Under the pieces are notes generated by a model. That model saw only the letters and a program-made list of their open reading frames with translations. It made no database searches and was not told where the DNA came from. Positions 48,480 through 61,020 of a DNA stretch of 64,000 nt are shown here, piece by piece (within the stretch, counting starts at the first letter, position 1; every line of letters begins with the position of its first letter). Both the position numbers and the translations under genes were made by a program. The DNA is from Selaginella moellendorffii (taxonomy: Eukaryota > Plantae > Lycopodiophyta), in contig NW_003314449.1 of assembly GCF_000143415.4 (NCBI RefSeq), positions 33,326 through 97,325 on the forward strand, in the 5' to 3' direction.

Positions 48480-51400
48480 TAAGATGCTGGTTGCTCTAGG
48501 ACTGAACCAAGTTGCTCCGTGCTCCTATCCCTTTGGTCCTTAGGCTATATGCTCTAAAGTTGTTCCATGCGTTTGGCACTATTCCTTTGTTCAGTGGCCC
48601 AAGGCCCTGAAACTCGAGTTCCACTCTACTGTCCATTGGACATATGGCATATAACACGTGGCATATAGAGGGTTGAGGGTTTAGGTTTCACTTTATAGTT
48701 ATCCTATGGTAAATCACCATAGGATAAAGGATAAAAACCATGTGTGCTACATTTGGTATTAGAGGATGAGTCTCGGTGAGTACTATCCAATGAAATTGGG
48801 CAACTAGTCTCATTGCATACGCAAAGATGAAAATGACAATCCAAGTGGGTACACGTTTAGGTGTTAAAACTTCACATTCATTCCTTGGGTAGGGATTTTG
48901 GTTACCTATTATGTGAGCTTGCTCTTGGGCTCATAGAGATATTCTGTTAGCACTAGTTTGCGCTTGGGCTCGTGAGAGACGTGTATTAGCAACTCAAGGT
49001 TACACTTTGAGTTGGCAGGATTAATGTTAGCCTATCGGTGGTTCCATGAGTGTTTCCAAGTACCATGAGTGAAAGTAAACCTTCCCTAGGTTTGCTATGA
49101 GTGGCAAATAGGCTGGTCCGTAGCTATTTAGCACAGCACTAGTGGATCATTCCTAAGCATGATTATGAGTGGATCAATCAAGACTATAGGGATTAATCTA
49201 TTGGTTCAAGTAATCAATGTTGTGCTCTCTTATAAACTTTTCTTGAGTTGTACTGAAGGTAGTGTGAGCACAAGCTTGAGGATTAGTCAAAGATGAGACT
49301 AAAAAGAGAGTCATCAGGGACGAAGGATCAAACACATAAATCATTTTCTCCTCTTGGAGAAATGATTTGCAACGATTATGCAATAAATAATAAATGATTA
49401 TTGCTCGTGTTCACAATATGCAATCAAGAGTCCCTACCTTGATGCATGTTGGAAATGATGGTCTTGCAAATGGTGTGTCGTGGGATGGATAGTGGTGAAG
49501 TCCTAAACCATTTTGTCTAGGCTTGTTATTGAAAGACTTGGGTTACAATATTCAATTCTTTTCTGGGAATCTTGCTATTGCTCCTTGAGTAGCTTGGTGT
49601 TGAATTAGTTTTGAGTTTGGTTGGAAAGAGAGTGGCATGAGCTTGTCCGTATTGTGAACAAAAGTTAGTGATGTTAAGTGTTGTAAATCTCTATTGGTGG
49701 GGTGTGGCATTTATGTTGCACTTTATTGAATTGAGTTAGCACTTGATATTCACATAAATATTTGAAGTAATGACATTGGCATTGCTTGTGGTGTTGTTTG
49801 ATTGATGATCAAGACATTGTGATTTTTATATCATATCCATATGATAATGAGCATTGTGTTTATGAAGTTGCTTGGACAAATGATAATCAACCCCAAAGTG
49901 GTTGATAGTGAAGCTAGTTTACTTGCACATAGTAGTATTGTAATAGCTTTGACTTGATTCTTGATGATAATCCATTATGCTAAGTTTAAGTTGGTTTTTT
50001 GTTTCCTGAGGGTTTGCTCATTAAGGTGTTAGAAAAGGTTATAACATTCACTTGCTATAACTTGTTAGTTGATTCGTTAGCACTTGGAGTAAATTGTTGG
50101 ATGGAAAAGGTGTGTAGTTGAGGCATTGACATCACTAGCACTTGTGTTAGTGGAAGTAGCATTGTTTCTTCAAGTAATGAGGAGTTTTTCCTTGGAGCTT
50201 AATTTTTCATGTCATTTCTCTTGTTAGTGTTTTGGCTTCACATTAGATCTTGAAGGTGGTTAAAGAAGAGTATTAGTGCAATGTGGATGTCCAAAGATAT
50301 AGTTTTCATGATCAAGCCTTGGATGTTTATTTTGCATTTTACGGGTGTCAATATTGGATATCGGATATATGAGTAATGGTGTTCAATGCTTAAGCATATT
50401 ATTGGGTCTTGAGAATTTGTGTTGAGGTGAAGTTGTTAGTAGGAGGAAGTTGGTTGAGTTTTGAAAGTTTGCATTCCTGGACTAAGAGTCATTCTTTCTC
50501 TAGGATGGAAAATTTTCCATGAATTTTCTTAGACTTTCCAATGGCTGATCTATTAATCATTTTGTCCAAAAACCTTTCCATTTTCATAAGCCATCAGTTG
50601 GCTTAAATTTTAGTAGGTAGTTTGTATAATATGGCCTGAAAGGGATGTTGAACTTTTGGGACTAAGGCAATTGAGTTGGATAGAGTTTGGAGTTGGTGTA
50701 GAAAAGTGGCCATTACATTTTTCTAAAAAGAGTGATCCTTGTGCCTTTCTTCTATAGTGTTATGGTTGGTAGCAAGTTGCACCTTGCATTTCGTTGAAAC
50801 TCTATGAGAGTAATGAGCTCTTACTTATCTTGTCTTGGTTTTGGTGGCCCTACACCTTGGCTAAGGATGGTGATGTTTAATTTAGTTGTTTAAGGTTGAG
50901 ATGTTGGTACCTATACTATAGCTTTATTTATGAGAAGGTTGTATACCAATATGAGTCCATCTCATGATCTTCACTTTAGTGTCGATTAAATGTTGATTAT
51001 ACACAGCTAGCCTTTTCAAGGCATGCTTAGAGCTGTTAGCTAAACACATTAATAAGCTTATTGCGGTTGAATTGGATTCGAGTGGTCATTTAGTTAGTCA
51101 GTTTAGTTGGTAGCATTGAAGTTGGTTCATGCGAGACTCATGATTATTGTTAGGCAAGACTTGGGTATATACTCTTTTGAGCTTTTGGTTCTTTAAGTTT
51201 TCATACTTATAGTCCATTTGTTAGAAGTTGTTGGGGAAGGCATTCTAGCTCATAGTTTCGATGTTGAAGTTAGTATTTGCATCTAGCAATCATTGGTGAT
51301 GATTGACTATCATCTAGCATAGTTGATTATCTTTATCAAAAGGTTTTGCTTGATTGTTGTTGATACAGAATGATTTGTTGTTCTTCAGGATGGTGGATTC

Positions 51401-54400
51401 CTTCTTTGACAATGATTCTGCATCTCTTTTTGATAGGATGATTGATGATCTTTCATGATGGTTAGTTGTTCTCTTTGATGGTTTATGGCTTTTCGCAATA
51501 TCACATGTTCTTTGTGGTTTGCTCTGTATTAGTCTTTTGGGTTTGAGATATCGATAGGATGTTGCTGATGCTTGCTTGAACAACTTTGATTCCTTAGTAT
51601 TATTGACTTGGATCTATTTAGATTGATTAGTGTGAAAATTGGCATGAACGAGTGTTTGTTAGTCTTACCACATTCATTCTATTTTGTTGATTGTTGCTCG
51701 AGTTAGCTTTGATAGATTCAAATGTTATTTTCTTCAGGTGATACATTCGCAAGCATTTTTCTTGCCAGTCAATAATACTTTGCATTCTTTGAGTTATCTT
51801 TGGTAAGTTATTTAGTATACTGTCTGCAATCTTTTGTAGTTAAGTTTTATTATTGAGTTTCTTTGATAATACATTGGCTATTGAATTTTGTTGGATGGTG
51901 AATCCTATACTTTCCAAACATGATGATTTTGATGGTTTTTATATTCTAATACTGGTTTATCAGATGATAACTTACTTGGAATACTTTTGTGTTCTAATCT
52001 AAAATTTATTCACTGATAATTGAGTCTCTAAGATATCATTGTCTTTGACTTTGATATTGTCCTCAATATCACTAAATGATAGTTTACCGTATCTGCCAAA
52101 CACCCTTGCTATCATGCCCTTTGTGTTAGTCTCATTTTAGTCCCAAATGCTATTTATGGAAAGTGTCTAGATTCACTCATTTGGCACATGTAAAGATTGC
52201 ATTAAACACAATGGTGTTCGTCCCGTGTCTAAATTTGCAATCTAGAGACATCCCATATTTAGTAAGTTCGAGCTTGTCCCAGAGACTAACTCCTAATACT
52301 AAGGGAAGATTGGGGTGAAAGCCCAAAGCATGTGTTCCTCAAGGGGGGGTGGGGGGCTATGGGAGGTTCCAAATGTATAGTAAGGATAGTGGGTAAGTTG
52401 GGCATGACTGACTATCCTGAGGCATAGTCTAGCTCCCGCTTGTGTGTTTGTCCTTGTTCTGCATCTGGCTTGAGTCTAAGCCCAAGTTCCATTCCATATC
52501 CTTGCATTAGGCCACCGGTATGCTAAAATAACACCAAACTCCATTTAGCTCTGTTTTGCATGCTGGTCCTGGCATTAGGATGCTATATACTCTATGACTA
52601 TTCCAAGGTGCTTCGTGCTCCTGTCCCTTTGCTCCTTGGGTTGAGTGCTTGAGTTTGGCCTCATTCTTTCATTCAGTATCCCAAAGCCTTGAAACTCGGG
52701 TTCTACACCACAGTCCTTTGGACATGTGGCATGTGACACGTGGCATATAGAGGTTTAGGTTTTGCTTCGTGGTTATCCTATGGTAAATCACTATAGGATA
52801 AAGGGTAAAAACCATGTGCACTACATTTGGTATTAGAGAATGAGTCTCGGCAAGTACTATCCATTAAAATTTAGGCAACTAGTTTCGTTGTATACGCAGA
52901 TATGAAAATGATGATCCAAGCGGGTACACATTTGGGTGCTAAGACTTTGCATTGGTTCCTTGGGTATGGATTTGGTTACCTTTTGTACCATATTATATGA
53001 GCTTGCTCTTGGGCTCATAAGATGGATGTGAGATGTTCTCTTTGCATTAGTTTGTGCTTGGGCTCGTGAGTGAGGCACATTAGCAACTCGAGGCTACATT
53101 TTGAGTTGGCAGGGTTAATGTTAGCCTATTGGTGGTTCCATGAGTTGTTCCATATACTGTGGGTGAAAGTAAACCTTCCCCGGGTTTGTTATGAGTGGCA
53201 AATAGGCTGGTCCGTAGCTGTTTAGCACAACACTAGTGGATCCTTCCTAGGCATGATTATAAGTGGATCAATCAAGACTGTAGGGATAAGTGTATTGATT
53301 CAAGTAATTATTGTTGTGCTCTCTCATAAACTTTTCTTGGATTGGACTAAAAACAGTGCGAAAGCAAGCTTGAAGTTTAGTCAAAGATGAGACCGAAAAG
53401 AGAGTCATCAGGGACAAAGGATCAAACACGTAAATCATGTTCTCTTCTTGGAGAGATGATTTGCAACAAGATGTTAACTCATTGTTTGTGTTCACATTAT
53501 GCAATCAAATGTTTGTGTTCACATTATGCTTGCTATTAAAGACTTGGGTTGCAATGCTCAATTCTTTTCCAGGGAACTTTGCTATTGCTCCTTGAGTAGC
53601 TTGGTGTTGGATTAGTATTGAGTTTGGTCGAAAAGAGAGTGGCATGAGCTTGTTTGTGTTGTGAACAAAAGTTAGTGGTGTTGGGTGTTATAAATCTCTA
53701 TCGGTGGAGTGTCACATTTATGTTGCATTTTATTGAATTGAGTTGGCACTTGATACTTATATAAACCTTTGAAGTAATAACATGGGCATTGCTTATAGTG
53801 TTGCTCGATTGATGATCAAGTCATTGTGATTTCTATATCATGTCTATGTGATAATAAGCAATGTGTTTACGGAGTTGCTTGGTCAAAAGATGATCAACCC
53901 TAAAGTTGTTGATAGTGAAGCTAGTCTATTTGTATATAGTAGAATTGTAGTAGCTTTGACTAGGTTTTTAATAATGATCTATGATATGTTAAGCTTAAGT
54001 TGGTACCTTATTTCCTTATCAGTTGATATGTTAGCACTTAGAGTAGGTTGTTGGATGGAGAAAGTGTGTATAGTTGAGGCATTGATATTGCTAGCACTTG
54101 TGTTAGTGGAAGTGGCATTGTTATTTCGAGTGATGAGGAATTTTTCCTTAAAGCTTGATTTTCCATATCATTTTTCTTGTTAGTGTTTTAGCTTCATATT
54201 GGATCTTGAAGGTGTTTGAAGAAAAGTGTTAGTGCAATGTGGATATCCAAAGATGTGATCTTTGTGATCAAGCCTTGGATATTCACTTTGCATTTTGCAA
54301 ATGTTAGTGTTGGATGTCAGTTATATAGGCAAATATGTTTGATGCTTAAGTATATTGTTGGACCATGAGAATTTGTGTTGAGGTGAACCATTGTGAAGTA

Positions 54401-57400
54401 GTAGGTAGGAGGAAGTTGGTTAAGTCTTGAAAGTTTGCAATCTTAGACTAAGAGTCATTATTTCTCTAGGATGGAAAATTTTTCCACAAATTTTCTTAGA
54501 CTTTTCCAATGGCTGATCTGTTGATCACTTTGCCCGAAAACCATTCCGTTTTCGTAAGCCAGTACAAACTACGGAAAAGGTTGGAGTTAACTTTGGTTAG
54601 CCTAACTTTAGTAAATAGTTTGTATGATGCGGCCCGAAAAGGATACTAACTTTTGGGGCTAAGGCAATTGAGTTGGATAAAATTTGGAGTTGGTGTAAAA
54701 AAGTGGCCGTTACGCTTTTCTAAGAAGGATGACCCTTGTGCCTTTCTTCTATAGCATTTTGTTTGGTGGCAAATTGCACCTTATATTTTGTTAAACTTTA
54801 TAAAAGTAGTGAGCTTTCACTAATCTTGACTTAGTCTTGGTAACCTTGCGCCTTGGCTGAGGATGGTGATGTCCAACTTAGTTGTTTAAGGTTAAGATGT
54901 TAATACCTGTACTATAGCTTTGTCTATGAGAAAGTTGTATACCAATATGAGTCTATCTCATGGTTTTCACTTTAGTTTCAACTAAATGCTGGTCATGCAT
55001 AGCTAGCCTCTTCAAGGCATGCTCAAAGCTGTTAGCTAAATGCATTAGTGAGCTTATTATGGTTGAGTTGAATTCGAGTAGTCATTTAGTTTATGCTTGT
55101 CCATGAACCTTTATCTTGTACCTGGGGTATTATGTTTATGGTGGCCAAGTATATGACTCGATGCCATGAGGTTAGTGTTGGGTCTTGTGAAGGTAAGTTG
55201 AAACAGTGATTGTTAGTTGCTTGCAAGTAGTGATTGCTTATAGACTTCATTGAGGACTATTGACACTTGCTTCGCTCGATGAAGATTTATTAGTGATGGG
55301 TTTGCTTTACTGAATGGTGTTGCAGAAGATCATATCATTAGAATTACATGGGTTTTCCATATTGGTATATTGACTCTACCTTTGTTGATATCATTTGATT
55401 ACGTTTATTCCGTAGTGTTGGATTTTATTAAGTCTTGGACGTGGTGAATCACTCCTTAATGATGTGTTATCTATAACTGAGTATTGTTGGAAGATTGGTC
55501 TCAGATACTAACTAAGGTATCTTCGACTTTAGTTAACTTGGTTGCTAAAGAGCTTTGAGTGGTGATTCACTCTTGCTTTCTATTAGCCTTGTTATGGTGT
55601 TGATGGCATTGAAGTGATGCTTTGTCATTAACATTATTGGTGTTGAGATTTAAGTGGGATGACATGTCTCTCTGTAAGATTGATATTGAGTTTCATTAGT
55701 CTTGATGAAGATAATGTTGATGATATAGTTATAGCTTTATGTTATTGGCATTTGTACAATTGTTAGTTAGCAACTATATTGACATTCAAACGAGCTGAGT
55801 CGCAAGTTTGAATTAGGTGTGTTCTAGACGAGATTATTTAGTAAGGGTTAAATTTGGCTTTTCCTTGAAAAGTGATTCGGTCGTGGACTATGCTAGCCTT
55901 ACAAGTGAAAGAGTTAGTGATTGATGAATCCTTGTTAGATTTGAGTTGGGATATATCAGTCATTGATGATTCTTCTTGTGCTTGTTATGAAGTGAGTTAC
56001 ATCATGCTATAGATGGATTCATAAAGGATTGTTTCGTGATCACTTGTTGAGCATAACTTCATTGTGTTTGGCTTTTGGATTAATGCAAATATGCTTTTCA
56101 TTAAGTTTTGCATTATGAAGTTTAGCTTATGGAAGTGTTGAAGAGGATATTATGGGTTGTATCATGATTTTTTCTTTAGTATTGAAGTTGGTTTATACGA
56201 AACTCGTGATTATTGTTACGCAAGACTTAGCTATAGGCTTCTTAAAACTTTTAGTTCTTTGAGTTTTATGCTCATTGTTCCATTTGTTAGAAGTTTTTGG
56301 GGAAGGCATTTTGGTTTATTAGCTTCGATGTTAAAGTTGGCTTTTGCATTTAGCAATCATTGGTGATGATTGACTATCATTTAGGATAGTTAATTGTCCT
56401 TGTTAAGGGTTTTGCTTGATTATTGTTGGTATACAATAATTTGCCGTTCTTCAGGATGGTAGATTCTTTCTTCAATGATGATTATGCATCTCTTCATTGA
56501 TGGGATGATTAATGTTCTTTCATAATAATTAGTTGTACTCTTTGATGGATTATAGCTTTTTGTAAGATTACATATTCTTTGTGGTTTGCTCTAGATTGGT
56601 CTTTTGGGTTTGAGACACCACTAGGATGTTGCTGACATTTTGGTTCCTTGGTATTGTTGACTATGATCTATTTAGATTGGTTTGTACGATAGTTAGCATG
56701 AACGAGTGTTTGTTGGTTTTGCCACACTCATTCTGTTCTATTGATTATTGCTCGAGTTAGTTCTAATAGATTGGGATGTTATTTCCTTTGGATGATACAT
56801 TTGTGAGCATTTTGCTTACTAGTCGATGATATTTTGTGTTTTTTGAGTTCTCTTTCATAAGTGGTTTAGCATTTTCTCAGTCTACAACCTTTGGTAGTTA
56901 AGTTTTCTCATTGAGTTTACTTGATGATATACTTACTATTAAATTTTGTTGGATGGTGAATGCTATATTTTTCAATTATGATGATCTTAGTGGTTCTTAT
57001 ACTATAATACTTGTTTATTGGATGATAACTTACTTGGAATACTTTTGTATTCTAATCTAAGATATATTCACTGATAGTTAAGTTTTTAAGATATCATTGT
57101 CTTTGACTTTGATATTGTCTATCTATTGATCTTTGAGTTTGGGCCAATATATGTAAACTGGCTTCAGCACTTCATGTGCATGGTGAAATCTTTAGTCATA
57201 AGGTAGTTGTTGTTGACTAATCACATCACCCGCCTCTCTATCGATATTCCTCATTCCGTTTTAAAGGGGTGACCGTGTAAACAACTCTAATTGCCTGTTT
57301 ACAGTAGTCTATCTAAACCTTATCGACGGATTTGGTTTCTTTACTCAGGAAGGTTGGGGCCTCTGGCTTCTCTCTCTATGTCCATGTAGGTAGGGGCATA

Positions 57401-58088
57401 TCACACTTTTATAAGCTAAGTGACACCTAGAGCAGCAAAGGTGGTTAACTTCGTTGGTCATTTCCTTGTCGGCAATGGCCGAAAGGTGTCTAAGTTGATA
57501 CCACATCTGCATTAAACAAAGAGGTTACTTTAACTCATTTAAGTTGGTGCATTTCTCACATAGTGTGATCATCGTGATCTTTTTCTAGAGTTGTTTCCTT
57601 GCAAGTGGTCTAGACTGGAGTATGCATCGACGAGGACGTCAATCTTTCCTAAGGGAGGAGAGTGTCGCAAATGTGACTTTAGGTATCAAAAGTTATCATG
57701 CCCTTTGTGTTAATCTCATTTTAGTCTCAAATGCTATTTATGGAAAGTGTCTAGATTCATTTACAGAATGTAGAGATTGTCTTGAACACAATGGTGTTTG
57801 TCCCGTGTCCAAATTCGCAATCTAGAGACATCCCATATTTAGTAAGTTTTGAGCTTATCCCAAAGACTACCTCCTAATATTAAGGGAGGCTTGGGGTGAA
57901 AGCCTAAAGCGTGTGTTCCTCAAGGGGGGGGTTCCAAATGTATAGCAGGGATAGTGGGTAGGTCAGGCATGGCTGACCATCCTGAGGCATAGTCTAGCTC
58001 CTAATTCCTTGTTCTACATTTGGCTTGGGTCTAAACCCAAGTTCTATTCCATGCTAGCTGGTGGAGTACCCATATCCTTGCGTTAGGC
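48480..58088 (+). mobile_element. Two head-to-tail units of a non-coding LARD-like LTR element (family B)
   Basis: LTR end plus PBS at 48751 and 52825. Internal regions 48752-52040 and 52826-57275 are colinear, the second with extra sequence. Purine tract then TGTAAAC at 57276. No gag/pol motifs seen. Confidence 0.65.
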
Positions 58089-58575
58089 TGTCAGGAATCC
58101 CCCAATTCTTGCCACGTTCTTGACTCTCGCCGGATTCCTGACTTGCAGACCACATTCCTGACTCTCGAGACACTTCCCTATTCCTGACTCTCGAGACACT
58201 TCCCTAGTCCTGACTCTCGAAACACTTCTTGATTCCTGACTCTCGAGCCACATTCCTGATGATGATGTGGCGCCTCCTCGACCTCAGCTATATTTAGGCC
58301 GTCCTCGATCCAAGAGTGGTGGAGCTTCATCAACCTATAGTATATATAGGTTAGCCTTGTTCCATTTCTCCACAATCTGAATCAACGCTAGTCTAAGGCC
58401 TCTTCTTTGTTTCCACTAGCTTTTCTCTTTGTCTTTTTGCATTTTCCAGTCTTGATCTTGTCAGGGGTCTTGACAGTTTGATTCAGATTGTGCTTTTTCG
58501 TTTTTTGATTTAGCTCGTTTTGATTGTTTGATTACCTTTGCCTTTTTTTCCCCCTTTTTTCCTTTCTTCTTGCCA

Positions 58576-59547
58576 ATGGAGTCTCCAAGCCATCCTGATT
58601 TCTTTGCTGAAGTCCTTGCAAAAATCCAGTCTGAGAATACCGAGCTGAAGGCGACCCTTCTTCGCATGCAGCAGGAGCTTGCTTCACTTTCGGGTCAAGG
58701 ATCCAGCAAAGTTCCTGAACCGAAGGTGAGCTTCCTGGCGAAATTTTCAGGCAAGCATTCGGAGCTTCGCGGATTCCTGAACCAGATGGAGTTGATCTTC
58801 GCACTTCAACATCGGCGGTACCCTACTCCCGAGTCTCAAATCTACGCGATTGGGACGTTGCTCGAAGGTGCAGCTTTGTCATGGTTTTCTCCTCTTTTGG
58901 AGAACAGCATGAAAGGGGTTGTGGTTCCAGAACTGATGGATCTTCAATTGTTCAAAGAGAAGCTCAAAGCATGTTTTGGCGAGACAGATCGGGTTTGGGC
59001 TGCTACCACAAAGATGAGACGTCTCTCTCAGGGGTCTCGTCCTACCTCGATCTACGCTGCAGAGTTCCAACTCCTTGCTTTGGACACTCAGTGGGATGAG
59101 CAGGCCCTGATTGACCAATTTCGTTTCGGCCTCAACAACGGTGTCAAGGATTTGTTGCTCACCATGGAGGATCCCAAGGACCTGTCGGATGCCATCAACA
59201 CAGCTGTTCAATGTGACAATCGTCTCTTTGAATGTCGTCAGGAAAGTCGCCGTGCCGCTGTTTTTCCGTCCCAGACTCAGGAATCCCAGCTTGAGTCTTC
59301 GGGGCATACTCCTGAACCTACTGCTCTGGTTCCGATGGATATTTCTGGTACTCCCCAACTCATTAGAGGGAAGTTGAGTCCTGCTGAGAAGCAACGTTGA
59401 ATATCTCATAATCTTTGCCTCTATTGTGCTGATCCTAATCACAAAGCAGCTGTATGTCCCAAGAAGCCTCCTCGACTGCTCGAGTTCACTCTACCTCAAA
59501 GTCCACCTCTATTGCAGTCGGGAAACGACCCTATCCAAACAGAGTAG
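58576..59547 (+). pseudogene. Retrotransposon gag with CCHC zinc knuckle; one internal stop at 59398-59400
   Basis: KFSGK..RGFLNQ, GAALSWF, LSQG, CLYCADPNHKAAVC. Confidence 0.85.
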
Positions 59548-59563
59548 GAGCTGTCTGTTTGGA
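59520..59563 (+). promoter_or_regulatory. -1 ribosomal frameshift signal between gag and pol
   Basis: G GGA AAC in the gag frame, a 7-nt spacer, then the stem TCCAAACAGA / TCTGTTTGGA; the protease is in the -1 frame. Confidence 0.8.
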
Positions 59564-60441
59564 CTCCCCGAATAAAAATCACTTTTCTTCTTTATCAAGC
59601 TCCTCACCACCTTTCATCAAAGCCACCACCAATCCCTGCAACTTCCGCGTCCCATGTCTCCTTTCTTTCACCGGACAATCAGGACTCAAGGCTCTGGCGT
59701 TACTGGACTCGGGTGCAACTTCCTGCTTTATGGACACGGACTTTGCTACCCGACATCACGTTCCTCTTTCTCCTACCATACGGGATTTGAGGGTTGAAGG
59801 CATCGGCGGGCATTTTGTGTCTCCATCTTCTGGACTTAGGGAAACGTTGCCTGTTCGAGTACACATCGGGTCCACCGTCACCGATATCACCTTCAACATC
59901 ATCAACAGCAAGTCCTCCTCTATGGTGCTCGGTCTTCCTTGGTTCCAACTACATCAGCCTCAAATCTGTTGGAAGGAATTACAGCTCATCTTTCCCACGG
60001 CTTCCCCTACTGTTCATCGAGTCCGAATCAGGAAAAGTTCCCTAAACTCAAATCGGGGTTCTGTTCCTGACTCTATAAAGTTTTCACCCTCTTCTTTTTC
60101 CTCTCTTCCATCTTACACTGGACTGTATCCTTGTCTCATCATTCCATTTAGTCGTACGCCTCCTCCTATCTCCACAATCACTATGAAAGAACTCCTTCAT
60201 GAAGAACCTCTTTTTCTTTTTGCTTTGCATGTTTTTCCTGTCAGTCTTCCTGAGAAGTATCATGATTTTGGGGATGTGTTTGACAAGAAAAAAGCTAGTG
60301 TACTACCTGTTCATCGGCCTTATGATTGTCCCATTGATTTACAGGAAGGAGCGTCACCTCCGTGGGGGCCTATCTACGGGTTATCCCCGTCCGAGCTTAA
60401 GGCCCTCAAAGAGTACGTGGATGAGAACCTTGCCTCGGGTG

Positions 60442-61020
60442 CTATGGTGATTTACATTTGGTATCAGAGGATGAGTTTTGGCGAATACTATCCAATGAGA
60501 TTGGGCAACTAGTCTTGTTGCATACGGAGGGATAAAAATGATGATCCAAGTGGGTACACGTTTGGGTGCTAAGACTTCACATTCGTTCCTTGGGTAGGGA
60601 TTTTGGTTACCTATTATGTGAGCTTGCTCTTGTGCTCATAGGATGGATTGAGATATTCCATTAGCACAAGTTTGCACTTGGGCTCATGAGTGACCCGTAT
60701 TAGCAACTCAAGGTTACACTTTGAGTTGGCAAGATTAATGTTAGCCTATCATTGGTTCTATGAGTGTTTCCAAGTACCATGAGTGAAAATAAACCTTCCC
60801 TAGGTTTGCTATAAGTGGCAAATAAGCTGGTTTGTAGCTATTTAATAGGACACTAATGGATCCTTCTTAGTCATGATTATGAGTGGATCAATCAAGACTA
60901 TAGGGATTAGTCTATTGGTTCAAATAGTTATTGCTGTGCTCTCTTATAAACTTTTCTTGGATTAGACTAAAGGCAGTGCAAATGCAAGCTTGAGGTTTAG
61001 TCAAAGATGAGACCGAAAAG
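60442..61020 (+). mobile_element. Family B PBS and leader fragment
   Basis: TACA TTTGGTATCAGAG followed by sequence matching about 48752-49310. Confidence 0.75.

Larger units (their letters stand above)
58089..60441 (+). mobile_element. Tcn1/Tf1-like chromovirus 5' half: LTR 58089-58475, gag, protease, start of RT
   Basis: TGTCA...TGACA LTR with 26-bp internal repeats; gag, CCHC knuckle, LLDSGAT, HRPYDCPIDL. Confidence 0.85.
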
